A stretch of DNA of 64,000 nt, taken from assembly GCA_046482545.1 (NCBI GenBank), contig JAWOEX010000013.1:52318-116317 (forward strand), in the 5' to 3' direction. Position 1 is the stretch's first letter, and each line of letters begins with the position of its first letter. Source of the DNA: Candidatus Thorarchaeota archaeon (GTDB lineage: Archaea > Asgardarchaeota > Thorarchaeia > Thorarchaeales > Thorarchaeaceae). A program made the translations under genes and the position numbers. Positions 50,713 to 61,036 of this stretch are shown here, piece after piece. The notes under the pieces are model-generated. The model searched no databases. It saw nothing but the letters and a program-made list of their open reading frames with translations, and had not been told where the DNA came from.

Positions 50713-51501
50713 TCATTCCTTTTTTGTTTCTTCGAGTTGTAATTCCAATTTCCTGATGCGCTGGCTCAGGTGTGTCAGGGCGTCTTGAATTGGGTCAGGA
50801 AGACTGCCATGTTCCAAGTCTATCTTGTGAACGTGTTCCCCCTTTCGAGAAATTATACGAGCAGGTACCCCAACAACCACAGAATCAGGAGGAACATCCT
50901 CCACGACGGCTGCGTTAGCACCTATCTTAACTCTGTCTCCGATTCTGATGGGGCCAAGTAGGGTTGCGCCTGCTCCAATCACTACGTCGTCACCTACTGT
51001 TGGGTGGCGTTTCCCTCGCTCTAGACTCGTTCCGCCCAAGGTCACACCCTGGTAGAGAGTGACATTGTCCCCGATTTCAGTGGTCTCTCCGATTACGACC
51101 CCACCTCCGTGATCAATAAAGAAGTCTGTGCCAATCTCTGCTCCGGGATGGATTTCGATTTGGGTTACTGATCGATTCACATGCGACAGGAACCTGGGTA
51201 GATATGGTACCCCCAGTTCATAGAGGAAATGAGCTAATCGATGCAAGAGTATGGCCTGAACGCCCGGGTATGACGTGAGGACCTCGGTAATATTGACCGC
51301 CGCAGGGTCTTTCTTAAACGCCGCTGCAACATCGCGTGAGAAGAGGTCTATCATATCGGACAACCGCTCTACAACTTCGGTGGAATCAACAGAATCTCGG
51401 TCCATTCCTTCAAAGCTGAGCAGGCAGTCTATGCAGACTTGAGGTTCTTCTCCGGCAAGTACTGAACCACAATTCGGGCATGTTCTATTACTACTCATCA
51501 T
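50713..51501 (-). CDS. cysE: serine O-acetyltransferase with N-terminal CxxC..CxxC
   Basis: [31 protein letters not shown]. Confidence 0.93.
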   Translation of the reverse strand: MMSSNRTCPNCGSVLAGEEPQVCIDCLLSFEGMDRDSVDSTEVVERLSDMIDLFSRDVAAAFKKDPAAVNITEVLTSYPGVQAILLHRLAHFLYELGVPYLPRFLSHVNRSVTQIEIHPGAEIGTDFFIDHGGGVVIGETTEIGDNVTLYQGVTLGGTSLERGKRHPTVGDDVVIGAGATLLGPIRIGDRVKIGANAAVVEDVPPDSVVVGVPARIISRKGEHVHKIDLEHGSLPDPIQDALTHLSQRIRKLELQLEETKKE

Positions 51502-51579
51502 ATATCGCCTCGAGATTATCAATGGTGGAGTGAAAGTAGTCTTCTAAACTCAAAAGCTTGCTAGGATAACAATGGACGA

Positions 51580-51960
51580 TTACTCTAGGCACACGCGGCA
51601 GTCTTTGGGCAACTCTATCGAATGATGATGCATTGTACAAGCAAAACGGTTGTTTCTCAGAGTTGTACAGAGCTTGCAGACCATTTGCATCGTATCCAAA
51701 GGGGAAAATGTTTCTGAAGCAATATTCGTGGCCACTTCCGAAACAGTAGACTCTACCTCCGGTATAGCTTCCAGCATCTCCAGTGAATTGTCACCCCTTT
51801 TGTGACTCAGGTATTGACTGATTGCGGCTTGCGTGATTCCAAGTTTACGTGCTGCGTCACTTTGGGAGAAGGAGAATTCTTCAATTAATTCCTTTGCTAC
51901 AAGAGACCGGAGGGCCGGCAATACGGTTGTTACGATAATCTCACAGGGAGGGCGCATCAA
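51580..51960 (-). CDS. Cys-rich HTH transcriptional regulator
   Basis: RPPCE...SQSDAARKLGITQAAISQYLS.KRG HTH; CKLC, CTMHH and CRVC. Confidence 0.88.
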   Translation of the reverse strand: MMRPPCEIIVTTVLPALRSLVAKELIEEFSFSQSDAARKLGITQAAISQYLSHKRGDNSLEMLEAIPEVESTVSEVATNIASETFSPLDTMQMVCKLCTTLRNNRFACTMHHHSIELPKDCRVCLE

Positions 51961-51975
51961 TCATCAGCTTGGGCG

Positions 51976-51990
51976 TATAACGCCGTTATG
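51976..51990. promoter_or_regulatory. palindromic operator TATAACGCCGTTATG (site B1)
   Basis: Lies between the TATA-like box and the regulator start; matches 56679-56693. Confidence 0.75.
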
Positions 51991-52597
51991 ACTTAAAAGA
52001 TTTGCCGCTACTAAGGCTCTGTGGAAAGAGTCGGCGGATTTGTTGTGAGAAGAATCAATTCGCCATTCAAATGGACGGATCCTGACAATCAGGAGCAAAA
52101 GCATGAATCACTCCGATATCTTGATATGACTTACTCCACAGAGCTCGTTACTAAAGTATAAGCATCCGTAGCATTACCCTTTAGGTAAATTCTCCACCTT
52201 TGTGCAATACACAAACGAACTCCTGCAATGTGGAGAATTTCATTGCTCAAAGTTAACATATCGGAGAGCGAACAAGTTACCGTTCTACAGCATTTGGTGG
52301 ACCCAACTGACCGGACGCTTCTGAAGGCTGGTATCGCTTTCGTGTTTTTTCTGGGGTTGAATCTCAGCCCGATGGAAGTGTGTAAGTTGGCAACACGATG
52401 TACTATTCTGAACAGTAGCTCGGACCAGAGACGGGAGGATGCATAGAATGAGCATTCTCAACAAACCTTCGGTGGAGGGTGTCATCACGAGATTCTCTGA
52501 GAATGGATCTAGGATGTCTCCAATCCGTTGTCAACAGCGCTTTTGACAATAGATGGGAGATAGCACCTGGGTCCAGATTATATGAGTTTGTACGTTC

Positions 52598-53422
52598 TCA
52601 ATTTTCCTTCAAGATTTCGTCCATAGAGCCGGTCCGATAGCCGTAAACATCGAAGGTTACATATTTGAAGCCCACAAGTTGGGCCTGTCTGTTAAGTTCG
52701 TCGAGTTTGTCAACATCAAAGAGTTTCATTCGTTCCTCGCGTCCTACTTCAATGCGGACAATGTCTCCATGAAACCTTGCTCTAACACTCCTCACGCCAA
52801 ATAGATTTCGTACTGTTTGCTCAACACTGTCTACCATTCCAACTCTCTTGGCGTTGATTTCTGTCCCATAAGGGAATCGGCTTGAGAGACATGCCATTGA
52901 TGGTTTATCTGCAACCGACAAGCCATTCTCCTTTGCAAATTCGCGGATTTCCTGCTTAGTAATTCCAGTCTCCTTAAACGGAGACACCACACCAGCTTCT
53001 TCTAGTGCCAGTGCTCCGGGTCGGTGCCTCTCCATATCGGTAGCGTTTGTCCCGTCCACAACGAGGTCGAATCCAAGTTCCGCAGCTTTCTCCAACCAGA
53101 CTTTAGCGAGTTCCTTCTTACAGTGATAGCATCGATTGGGCGGATTCTTTACCAATTCCTCGTTGTCAAGTTCATTGACCTCAATGATTTCGATTCCTAG
53201 CTCTAATTCCTCTGCTACTTCTTGGGCTGTTTCTAGCTCTGGGCTGGGAAATGTGATGCTGTCTACCGTAAGTAGTTTAACACGTTCTGCATGGCGTTTG
53301 GCGAGAAGGGCCAAGACACTGCTATCAACCCCGCCGCTGAAAGCAACAAGGACACGCCTGTTTCTAAGCAGTTTTCGTACTCTGTCGAATTTAGTCTGCG
53401 AAGCTTGGTCCCTTGCATTCAT
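52598..53422 (-). CDS. larE: ATP-dependent sulfur transferase LarE
   Basis: AFSGGVDS PP-loop, NRCYHCK, DGTN..D...RPG, KPSMACLSSR. Confidence 0.92.
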   Translation of the reverse strand: MNARDQASQTKFDRVRKLLRNRRVLVAFSGGVDSSVLALLAKRHAERVKLLTVDSITFPSPELETAQEVAEELELGIEIIEVNELDNEELVKNPPNRCYHCKKELAKVWLEKAAELGFDLVVDGTNATDMERHRPGALALEEAGVVSPFKETGITKQEIREFAKENGLSVADKPSMACLSSRFPYGTEINAKRVGMVDSVEQTVRNLFGVRSVRARFHGDIVRIEVGREERMKLFDVDKLDELNRQAQLVGFKYVTFDVYGYRTGSMDEILKEN

Positions 53423-53602
53423 GGTGTATACCCGCCAAGATATCCGTTAAGGGCTGTCCAAATAGGTCTCTTGGAGTAGGAAGTGTCTTCCAGTATATCT
53501 CCCTTTGTGAGCTCTGTTCGTCGATTAGCTACAGGACGCATAGATGTTGCCTTCTTTGGTCAAGATGTACGGTTTGGTTGGAAGTGGATAGATTAAATGA
53601 CT

Positions 53603-53896
53603 TCATGATATGGTTTTTGAACCAGAGAGTACTGGAAACAGGAGTGTCATCACGTCTTTCACGGCCTGCTCGGAGGGATATTGCCTGAACAGTATCCGTC
53701 CCGACGAAAAGATATTGATGACCTGTCCGTCATCGTTTTGGAGAAGCAAGACATCTGGGAGTGACATTTTGACCTTCATACCCGTTGCTTTGGCAAGTTT
53801 TTCATCAATTAATGACAGATCCTTGTTGATGGATTCCATTCTGACCTTATAGGCTGCTTTCTTTGAACACAGGTTCACCTTGAACTGCTCAGTCAT
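53603..53896 (-). CDS. small hypothetical protein (resembles ThiF/MoeB C-terminal extension)
   Basis: LC..AY...INIFSSGRILF; coupled to thiI. Confidence 0.6.
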   Translation of the reverse strand: MTEQFKVNLCSKKAAYKVRMESINKDLSLIDEKLAKATGMKVKMSLPDVLLLQNDDGQVINIFSSGRILFRQYPSEQAVKDVMTLLFPVLSGSKTIS

Positions 53897-55085
53897 CGGT
53901 ATGGTCTCCCCGTAACACCATTACCCGGGCTTGCGAGACCTCATCTTCAAGAATATCTAAGTCGAGCTGCCCATCGTGCTTTCCTACATCATCGAGGTGA
54001 GCATGGACAACAGGCCATTTCGGGGGAAGCGAACAACACGAAGGGGCTTCCGCAGCTAGGTCATAGGTTCCAATCTCTCTGGCTACTCTCTCAACATCAA
54101 CCTTGTCATCTCCGATGCAGGGTCGAAGAATGGGTATCTTGCATACGCCTTCGCTCTCAACACGGAGGTTTCGAGTCGTCTGAGATGCCTGTTCACCTAT
54201 TATTTCACCTGTTACGATTGCATCTGCACCTTCCCGAAGGGCAACTTCTTGGGCAAGTCTATACATATTCCTCCTGCAGAAGATACAGGTCATTCTCCGT
54301 GGAGTATTCTCAAGCACATCAATGAGATCTTCTCGATGAGGAACCACATACATCTTTACCTCGTGATTGTGGATATACTCCACTAGCCGTTTTGCCTGTT
54401 TGATTGCAATCTCCTTGGTTAGTTCGTCTCCAAAAGGAATGTTATCAAAGAAGAGAAACACGGGAATACATCCCCGTTTCATAACCTTGTATGCTGCTAC
54501 CGGAGAGTCTAGTCCTCCAGATATGGTGCACACCACTTTCCCTTGGGTACCCGTTGGCATACCCCCAACGCCGTCAATGATATCGGTGTACAGGTAGGAA
54601 CGATTATGACGAACTTCTACATACACCGTCTGGTGTGGAGAGTCAAGGTTGACTGTAAGATTCATGTCTGACAGACCAGTGAGTATTCTCTCACCTAGCT
54701 TCTCCCTGATATCCTGACTACTGAATTCATGTTGTCCCATTCTTCTCGCTCTGACCGCGAAGCTGCAGTCTCTGTCGAATGCTTCCCGGGCAACATCTTC
54801 TCCCTTCTCAAGAATCATCTTCAGATCGGCGGAGGTGACCACGACAGGTGAGGTTGACACTAGCCCGAAAATACGCGAGGCTACTTCTGCTGCTTCAAGG
54901 GCTTCATCTGTCTCGATGAAGATTCGCCCAAACTCTTCTCGGATATTGCTGAAGTGTACTGAGTTTTCTTCCAGCGATGATTTCAAATGCCTAACCAGCA
55001 TTGCCGTCATACGCCTCCTGGTTTGCCGGGATTTGATTCCGATTTCGCCGTATCTCAACAGGACCGCGGAGTACTCTGGTTTCAC
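53889..55085 (-). CDS. thiI: tRNA 4-thiouridine synthase
   Basis: RYGEIGIKS, THUMP domain, SGGLDSPVA, CxxC, GE..GEQASQT. Confidence 0.95.
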   Translation of the reverse strand: MKPEYSAVLLRYGEIGIKSRQTRRRMTAMLVRHLKSSLEENSVHFSNIREEFGRIFIETDEALEAAEVASRIFGLVSTSPVVVTSADLKMILEKGEDVAREAFDRDCSFAVRARRMGQHEFSSQDIREKLGERILTGLSDMNLTVNLDSPHQTVYVEVRHNRSYLYTDIIDGVGGMPTGTQGKVVCTISGGLDSPVAAYKVMKRGCIPVFLFFDNIPFGDELTKEIAIKQAKRLVEYIHNHEVKMYVVPHREDLIDVLENTPRRMTCIFCRRNMYRLAQEVALREGADAIVTGEIIGEQASQTTRNLRVESEGVCKIPILRPCIGDDKVDVERVAREIGTYDLAAEAPSCCSLPPKWPVVHAHLDDVGKHDGQLDLDILEDEVSQARVMVLRGDHTDD

Positions 55086-55486
55086 GTCTGGATTTCACCT
55101 GATTTGCGCTCGTCAGATGGGCGACCATGCCCTAGATAGTCTTGAATCGCCTTATGAAGGCCATCCGCTGCCAGATTGCTACAATGCATCTTTACCGGCG
55201 GTAGCCCGTCCAGTTCATCTGCAACATCGCCCCGACCTATCTTCTGAGCTTCTTCCAAAGACATACCCTTGGCCATCTCCGTTATCATGCTTGAAGTTGC
55301 AATTGCAGCGGCACATCCCATTGTCTCAAACCCCACATCCGTTACCGTACCATCTTTCACATTGATGTAGATGTACATCACATCACCACATACAGGATTT
55401 CCGACTTTTCCTACGCCGTTGAATTCGTCTGGCTTACCGTAATTTCTCGGGTTTCTGAAATGCTCCATGACCTTCTTCGAATACAA
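55082..55486 (-). CDS. iscU: Fe-S scaffold protein
   Basis: HFRNPRN, GNPVCGD, GCAAAIA, LPPVKMHCS. Confidence 0.95.
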   Translation of the reverse strand: MYSKKVMEHFRNPRNYGKPDEFNGVGKVGNPVCGDVMYIYINVKDGTVTDVGFETMGCAAAIATSSMITEMAKGMSLEEAQKIGRGDVADELDGLPPVKMHCSNLAADGLHKAIQDYLGHGRPSDERKSGEIQT

Positions 55487-55491
55487 CTGTC

Positions 55492-56670
55492 CTATTCTCC
55501 TCCCTCAAATGTTTCCAAATCTTGTCTTCTCTTGAACGGACTAAACCTTCTGAGATTGGATACGACCTGTTGAGTTGTCTCAATCGTGTATTCAATATCT
55601 TCTTCCATCGTGTACTTGTCCAAACTCAGCCGTACCGACCCGTGGGCCACTTCTTCTGGTAAGCCAATTGCTAACAACACATGAGACGCTTCGAGAGTAT
55701 CAGAAGAACAGGCACTTCCGGTGGAAACTTCTATACCTTCTGAATCAAGACCTAGCGTAATCGCTTCTCCTTCGATGAATTCAAAGCTCACGTTGACATT
55801 ATTGCAGAGGCGATTTCTGCGAGGGCCGTTAAGCCGGGTGTTTGGAATTTCCAGCAACCCTTCAATCAGTTTGTCTCGGAGTTTCCTCATCCGGTCGGCA
55901 TCTGAACCCTTCGCGACTTCAACGGCCTTTGCAAACCCAACGATTCCTGGGACATTCTCTGTCCCGCTTCTGATGCCATATTCGTGACCTCCACCATGCA
56001 GCAACGGGTCGATGTCTGTTCCCGATTTTATGTACAACGCACCAACACCCTTTGGACCGTGGATTTTATGGCTGTTTATCGTCATGAGGTCCAAATTCAT
56101 TTCTTCTACATCAATCGGCACTTTCGTGTAAGACTGACATGCGTCCGTATGAAACAACACTTCGTGCTTCTGGCATACCTTGCCAATCTCGGTTACTGGT
56201 TCAATCGTCCCGATCTCGTTGTTGGCATGCATGATTGAGACAAGAATCGTATCGTCAGCTATGGCATCTTCGATATCATCGGGATGCACAAACCCCTCGC
56301 TATCGACATCAAGATACGTTACCCTGAATCCTTGTTGTTCGAGCCACTTGGATGCATTCAGGACGCAATCGTGCTCTATCTTTGAAGTAATGATATGTCC
56401 TTCACCTCTCGCAAAGGCTGCACCCTTCAATGCAAGGTTATTCGATTCCGTCCCCCCTGAAGTGAAGATGACCTCTCTGGCCTTAGCATTGATGGTCTCA
56501 GCTATAAGTTCCCTGCTGTGTGTGATAGCGTCGTCTGCTTTGCGACCAAGAGAATGTATAGATGACGCATTGGCATAGCTTCTTGAGAAAAACGGCAACA
56601 TGACATCAATAACTTCATCATCAACTCGCGTTGATGCAGCTGCATCAAGGTAGACCATCAGGTTATTCAC
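55492..56670 (-). CDS. iscS: cysteine desulfurase
   Basis: FTSGGTESNN, ANNEIGT, SHKIHGPKG, STGSACSS. Confidence 0.96.
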   Translation of the reverse strand: MNNLMVYLDAAASTRVDDEVIDVMLPFFSRSYANASSIHSLGRKADDAITHSRELIAETINAKAREVIFTSGGTESNNLALKGAAFARGEGHIITSKIEHDCVLNASKWLEQQGFRVTYLDVDSEGFVHPDDIEDAIADDTILVSIMHANNEIGTIEPVTEIGKVCQKHEVLFHTDACQSYTKVPIDVEEMNLDLMTINSHKIHGPKGVGALYIKSGTDIDPLLHGGGHEYGIRSGTENVPGIVGFAKAVEVAKGSDADRMRKLRDKLIEGLLEIPNTRLNGPRRNRLCNNVNVSFEFIEGEAITLGLDSEGIEVSTGSACSSDTLEASHVLLAIGLPEEVAHGSVRLSLDKYTMEEDIEYTIETTQQVVSNLRRFSPFKRRQDLETFEGGE

Positions 56671-56678
56671 CGCAACCC

Positions 56679-56693
56679 TATAACGGCGTTATA
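56679..56693. promoter_or_regulatory. perfect palindromic operator TATAACGGCGTTATA (site B2)
   Basis: Immediately upstream of iscS, next to a TATA-like box as at site B1. Confidence 0.75.
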
Positions 56694-56860
56694 CTCAAAA
56701 AGATTGCGCTGTAGAGGCGCAACATCTGAATGGGTCATCGAATGATGGACTGCTTCACCAATTTCGGCAAGAATTGCCGCTCCACCAGAGGTTTGTCGAG
56801 TATTGCCAGTAGGAATTGGATTAACATATCGAAGAATTAGTAGTCTTGTGAGGTAACCAG

Positions 56861-57802
56861 TTGGTCGATAGTGTTTCAAATCTACAACAGAGAATTCTTG
56901 ACCTGAAGAAGAAACGGAATGCCCTCATACTTGCCCATAACTATCAGGTAATGGAAAACCAGCATATTGCTGACTTCGTCGGTGACTCCCTCCAACTCGC
57001 AAAGAAATCATCAGAAGTGGAGGGATATGACATGGTTGTTTTTGCTGGTGTCAACTTCATGGCCGAGACCGCAGCTGTGCTATCCGATGTCCCTGTATAT
57101 ACTCCTGCAACGAACGCCTTGTGTCCACTTGCCGCCATGATCAACGGCGGAAGGATAAGGGCCAAGAGGGAAGAATACCCAGATGCACCTGTTGTCGTGT
57201 ACGTTAACACGACCGCTGAAACCAAGGCCGCCGCTGATATCGTTTGTACATCAAGTAACGCTGTGGAGGTGGTGGAGAGCCTTAACACCCAGACGGTGCT
57301 TTTCGGACCTGATGCTAACTTGGCTGAATATGTGCGCAGGCGTACCAACATTGAGGTGGTGAACCTTGTAGAGACGGGTCGCTGCTTTGTACACCACCGA
57401 TTCGATGTCGGTTCTATTCGGTCGGCAAGAAAGAAACACCCGGATGCTTTCGTGCTAGCTCACCCCGAGTGTCCACCTGCAGTCCAGGACCTAGCTGACA
57501 AGGTATGCTCTACTGGGGGTATGGTAAGGACGGTAGCAGAGTCTCCGAAGAAGGAGTTCATAGTGGCTACTGAAGTTGGATTGATACATCAGCTGCAGGA
57601 GAAACATCCCGACAAACTCATTGTTCCAGCGCTTGAAACCGCAGTCTGCAGAAGGATGAAAACGAGTACCCTTGAGAAGATACTCACTGTGCTTCAAGAT
57701 ACTCCCGCAGAGAACAGGGTGGTTGTACCGCCAGAGATTTCTGAATCAGTTAGAACGGTTCTTGAAAGGATGAATCGGGTTCGGCGTCGTTCGTCTACCT
57801 GA
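56861..57802 (+). CDS. nadA: quinolinate synthase
   Basis: ILAHNYQ, GDSL, FMAETA, CPLA, YVNT, CTSSNA, HPEC. Confidence 0.95.
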   Translation: MVDSVSNLQQRILDLKKKRNALILAHNYQVMENQHIADFVGDSLQLAKKSSEVEGYDMVVFAGVNFMAETAAVLSDVPVYTPATNALCPLAAMINGGRIRAKREEYPDAPVVVYVNTTAETKAAADIVCTSSNAVEVVESLNTQTVLFGPDANLAEYVRRRTNIEVVNLVETGRCFVHHRFDVGSIRSARKKHPDAFVLAHPECPPAVQDLADKVCSTGGMVRTVAESPKKEFIVATEVGLIHQLQEKHPDKLIVPALETAVCRRMKTSTLEKILTVLQDTPAENRVVVPPEISESVRTVLERMNRVRRRSST

Positions 57803-58212
57803 CATTGAACACTCGCACCCATATATCACAGGGTTGCTTCACGATATGATCTTTTCTGGTACCTCAACACCATCAGTAGCAAATTCCATGATTTTGTGCT
57901 GGCGGTTGCACCACAGAAACATTTTCGTCGCAGGAAACAACCCGGAAAGTTGGCAAAAAGTCTACCTGAGTGATTCTCAGCGGTATTTCAAACATTGTCA
58001 TATCCCACATTTGCCTGCTCGCTGTCTTATGTGCTGAGCCGTCATACAACGCTACCCGCAGATTCAGATTTATGTGGAACACGAGTGCAAGCATTTGATA
58101 ATTGTCGAAAACCCCTTTCTATGTCATAAACACAAGAATTATTCCTTCAGCAACTATTCGATGGTTAACTATGATTACTTTTGCACAGATGTAATGCGGA
58201 GAACAACACCCG

Positions 58213-58374
58213 ATGACCAAAAAGGTAGGCGAACTGTATCAGTGCGAAGAGTGCGATCTATTGTACCAACAGCCTAGCTGGGCAGAGAAATGTGAGGCAT
58301 GGTGCAAAAAGCACAAGTCTTGCAACCTTGAGATAACCAGCCATGCTGTTTCCAAGGATGAACTATCTCTTTAG
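58213..58374 (+). CDS. small zinc-finger protein (53 aa, not in ORF track)
   Basis: MTKKVGELYQCEECDLLY...AEKCEAWCKKHKSCNLEITSHAV. Confidence 0.75.
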   Translation: MTKKVGELYQCEECDLLYQQPSWAEKCEAWCKKHKSCNLEITSHAVSKDELSL

Positions 58375-58406
58375 CACCCATTCAATGGTCTGATATCTTA
58401 CGGAAA

Positions 58407-58625
58407 CTACCGGAAGCCATCGTCAACATCTGTGCAAATTGGTGAAGTAGTGTCGCTGACTATGATAACTGTTTCATTCACCCCGCTTTCCCGGAACATT
58501 TCGAGGATACGATGGATTACAGGTTTGCGACCATATGGCATGAGTTGCTTTGGTACTGCTAGACTGTACGGACGCATTCTTCGTGCTTCGCCGGCCGCAG
58601 GGATTACTCCAACTACATTGTGCAT
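58407..58625 (-). pseudogene. N-terminal fragment of a sugar-phosphate nucleotidyltransferase
   Basis: GVIPAAGEARRMRP....PKQLMP..RKPVI; truncated after about 70 aa. Confidence 0.8.
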
Positions 58626-58811
58626 TCTTCTTTCCTCGATATCCACTGTATGTCACGCATTCGATACACACTCTATAGTTTATCGCTCCAATAGTCTGGA
58701 ACGAGCATCACTTGCCAACAATCACCAAATTCCACTGTCTAAGGACAAAACAGCATCTTTGGCTGGAACACGTGTTCTAAGTTTTCCCACAATTCGGTGT
58801 GAACCTGACTA

Positions 58812-58883
58812 CCTGCGAAGCTGGCAACGAAAGGATGGAACGCAGAAGTTTTAGGCAACCCCTCAACTGTAAGAAACAGATTA
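58812..58883 (+). mobile_element. 3'-end relic of omegaRNA-derived element, copy 7
   Basis: GCGAAGCTGGC..AAGGATGGAACGCAGAAGTTT...TCAACTGTAAGAAACAGATTA, 1 nt before an ATG. Confidence 0.8.
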
Positions 58884-58884
58884 C

Positions 58885-59988
58885 ATGTGGGGATTCACGA
58901 GACCTGACTCGAAGAAGGTTTGGAACAACCCGGATGCAACCGAACGGCTGAGCAGATACAGAGACATCATAGATGATACTAGATGGGCGAAATACCTGCT
59001 TGCCAAGGACATCCGGGCAGATGTTGATTTGACACAGTCAACAGGCCAGCTCTGGCAGGTTCATAATCAGCTGTCTGATGATTTCCAAGAATATCTCGAG
59101 AACGTTGACGGGGAGGGAGAGAGAATCGATGAAGCAGATCAGCCTGAGCAGAGCTTCTTGGATTTGAAGGCTGAGCTTGCACAACGCATTCTTCAAAACT
59201 GCCACTTCTGCGAACGCAAGTGTGGTGCCGACAGAACGAAAGATGAGAAAGGGTGGTGTAAACTGGGTCACGAATCGAGGGTATCTTCTGCGTTTCTCCA
59301 CACAGGTGAGGAAGCGCCACTTGTTCCGAGTGGTACCATATTCTTTGCCTCATGCTGTTTCGGCTGCGTGTTCTGCCAGAACTACGACATATCGACCAGT
59401 CCAAACAATGGGCGAGTCGTTAGCCCCAAAGATTTAGCTGCAATTGCAGAACGCCTGTATGACGATGGGGCACTCAACATCAACTATGTTGGTGGCGACC
59501 CAATTCCTAATACCCACACCATAATCGCTTCTATGCAACACCAGGAGTCCAATGTCACTCAGCTCTGGAACTCGAACCTCTATTGTTCTGAAGACACCAT
59601 GAAACTGCTTTTCGATTTAATCGATGTGTGGCTGCCTGACTTCAAGTACGGGAACAACGAGTGCGGTAAACGCCTATCGGGGGTCACCAAGTATTTCGAT
59701 GTAGTATCCCGAAATCATGCCATTGCCTATCAGTCAGGTGAACTGATTGTGAGGCACCTCGTGCTTCCAAACCATGTGGAGTGCTGCTCCCTTCCCATTC
59801 TTGAGTGGATTGCGGAGAACACCCCTCAATGCATGGTCAATATTATGGGTCAGTACAGGCCGCAGCATAAGGTGACACGCCAACGAGAACGGTTTTCGGA
59901 TATCGCACGACCAGTGAATCGGCAAGAAATGCAACGGGTTTTCAACAAAGCAGATGAGCTAGGAATCTGCTGGAGACCAGTAAGCTAG
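58885..59988 (+). CDS. radical SAM protein (PflX-like)
   Basis: CHFCERKC, HTGEE.PLVPSGTIFF..C...CVFCQN, PDFKYGN, VRHLVLPNH. Confidence 0.92.
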   Translation: MWGFTRPDSKKVWNNPDATERLSRYRDIIDDTRWAKYLLAKDIRADVDLTQSTGQLWQVHNQLSDDFQEYLENVDGEGERIDEADQPEQSFLDLKAELAQRILQNCHFCERKCGADRTKDEKGWCKLGHESRVSSAFLHTGEEAPLVPSGTIFFASCCFGCVFCQNYDISTSPNNGRVVSPKDLAAIAERLYDDGALNINYVGGDPIPNTHTIIASMQHQESNVTQLWNSNLYCSEDTMKLLFDLIDVWLPDFKYGNNECGKRLSGVTKYFDVVSRNHAIAYQSGELIVRHLVLPNHVECCSLPILEWIAENTPQCMVNIMGQYRPQHKVTRQRERFSDIARPVNRQEMQRVFNKADELGICWRPVS

Positions 59989-60122
59989 CAGTATCTGGAA
60001 CATCAGAACTTGCAGGCTTTGATCAGTTCTTCTTCTATGATACGTGTTTAGTCACGCGCACTGAGCAGATCATCTGTTGTGAGGTACATGGGGCTCTATC
60101 TAGCAATTACCCTTGAATGAAT

Positions 60123-60176
60123 TCGTTTTACACAAAACGATACATTAATAGGGTTTAGAACACTACTAACGATACA
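60123..60176. promoter_or_regulatory. putative AbiEi autoregulatory operator region
   Basis: Inverted repeat TCGTTTT-ACAC-AAAACGA and direct repeats AACGATACA at 60136 and 60168 flanking a TTAATA box. Confidence 0.45.
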
Positions 60177-60191
60177 AAGCGTGAAACAGCC

Positions 60192-61034
60192 ATGAGTTTG
60201 ACAGAACAAATCTACTTCGAAATGCTAGATGAAGAAGTAGTGACGCTTGATAGGACACACCAGATAGCAAAGCAAATCATCGACAAGTCCATCAACCGTA
60301 AACAATTACGCCAGAACTATCTCTATCCATTGCAGCAGACAGGCAAGTTACGAAGTATCCGTAGGGGGCTGTATCATGCTATCATCCCGAGCAGAAATGA
60401 GATTCGAAGCATTCCCGATCCCCTTTTGATTGGGCATCTTGTTCGACCTCATGGTTTCCTTGGATACCACACAGCCCTTGAGTACTACGGACTGGGACAT
60501 AGTCTTTACTATCGAGATGTCTATGTTTGTGTGGATGACGAGAATAAACGTTTCCGCCCTTTCGAATACGCAAAGCGTCGCTACCGTCCTGTAGTTGTGG
60601 AGGACACCGAGTCTTTCATCATCAATCCTCCAAGAGGAACGCAGAGAATCAGAGTTCCTACACGCGAACGCGCTTTTGTTGATTGTGTTGATCGAATCGA
60701 ATACGCTGGGGGATGGCATGAGATGCTGTTCTCGCTTCTTGGTATGAGGCTCGATCCAAGAAACCTACTTGAGGTTCTTCAAGGCCGTAGTAACCAGTAC
60801 CTCTTGCGCCGGACAGGATTTGTACTCGATGTACTAAGAAAACATTCGTCTTCATATTCCGTATTTGATGCCGACATTATGGAACGATTTGCCGACTTGG
60901 TTGATGGATCCCCTCGATATCTATTAAGGGCATCTGAATCTAGTATTGCTTTCAATTCCGATACTGAGTTCAACGAACGATGGATGCTATATGTGCCCAC
61001 AGATTTTGAGAGACGCCTTTTTGGAGTGGCGTAA
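60192..61034 (+). CDS. abiEi: type IV TA antitoxin, AbiEi family
   Basis: LRSIRRGLY, GYHTALEYYG, TRERAFVDC...GG..E. Confidence 0.85.
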   Translation: MSLTEQIYFEMLDEEVVTLDRTHQIAKQIIDKSINRKQLRQNYLYPLQQTGKLRSIRRGLYHAIIPSRNEIRSIPDPLLIGHLVRPHGFLGYHTALEYYGLGHSLYYRDVYVCVDDENKRFRPFEYAKRRYRPVVVEDTESFIINPPRGTQRIRVPTRERAFVDCVDRIEYAGGWHEMLFSLLGMRLDPRNLLEVLQGRSNQYLLRRTGFVLDVLRKHSSSYSVFDADIMERFADLVDGSPRYLLRASESSIAFNSDTEFNERWMLYVPTDFERRLFGVA

Positions 61035-61036
61035 TC

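Noticed and set aside
52228-52500. Possible integrase remnant
   Set aside because: Resemblance too weak; no catalytic R-H-R-Y residues
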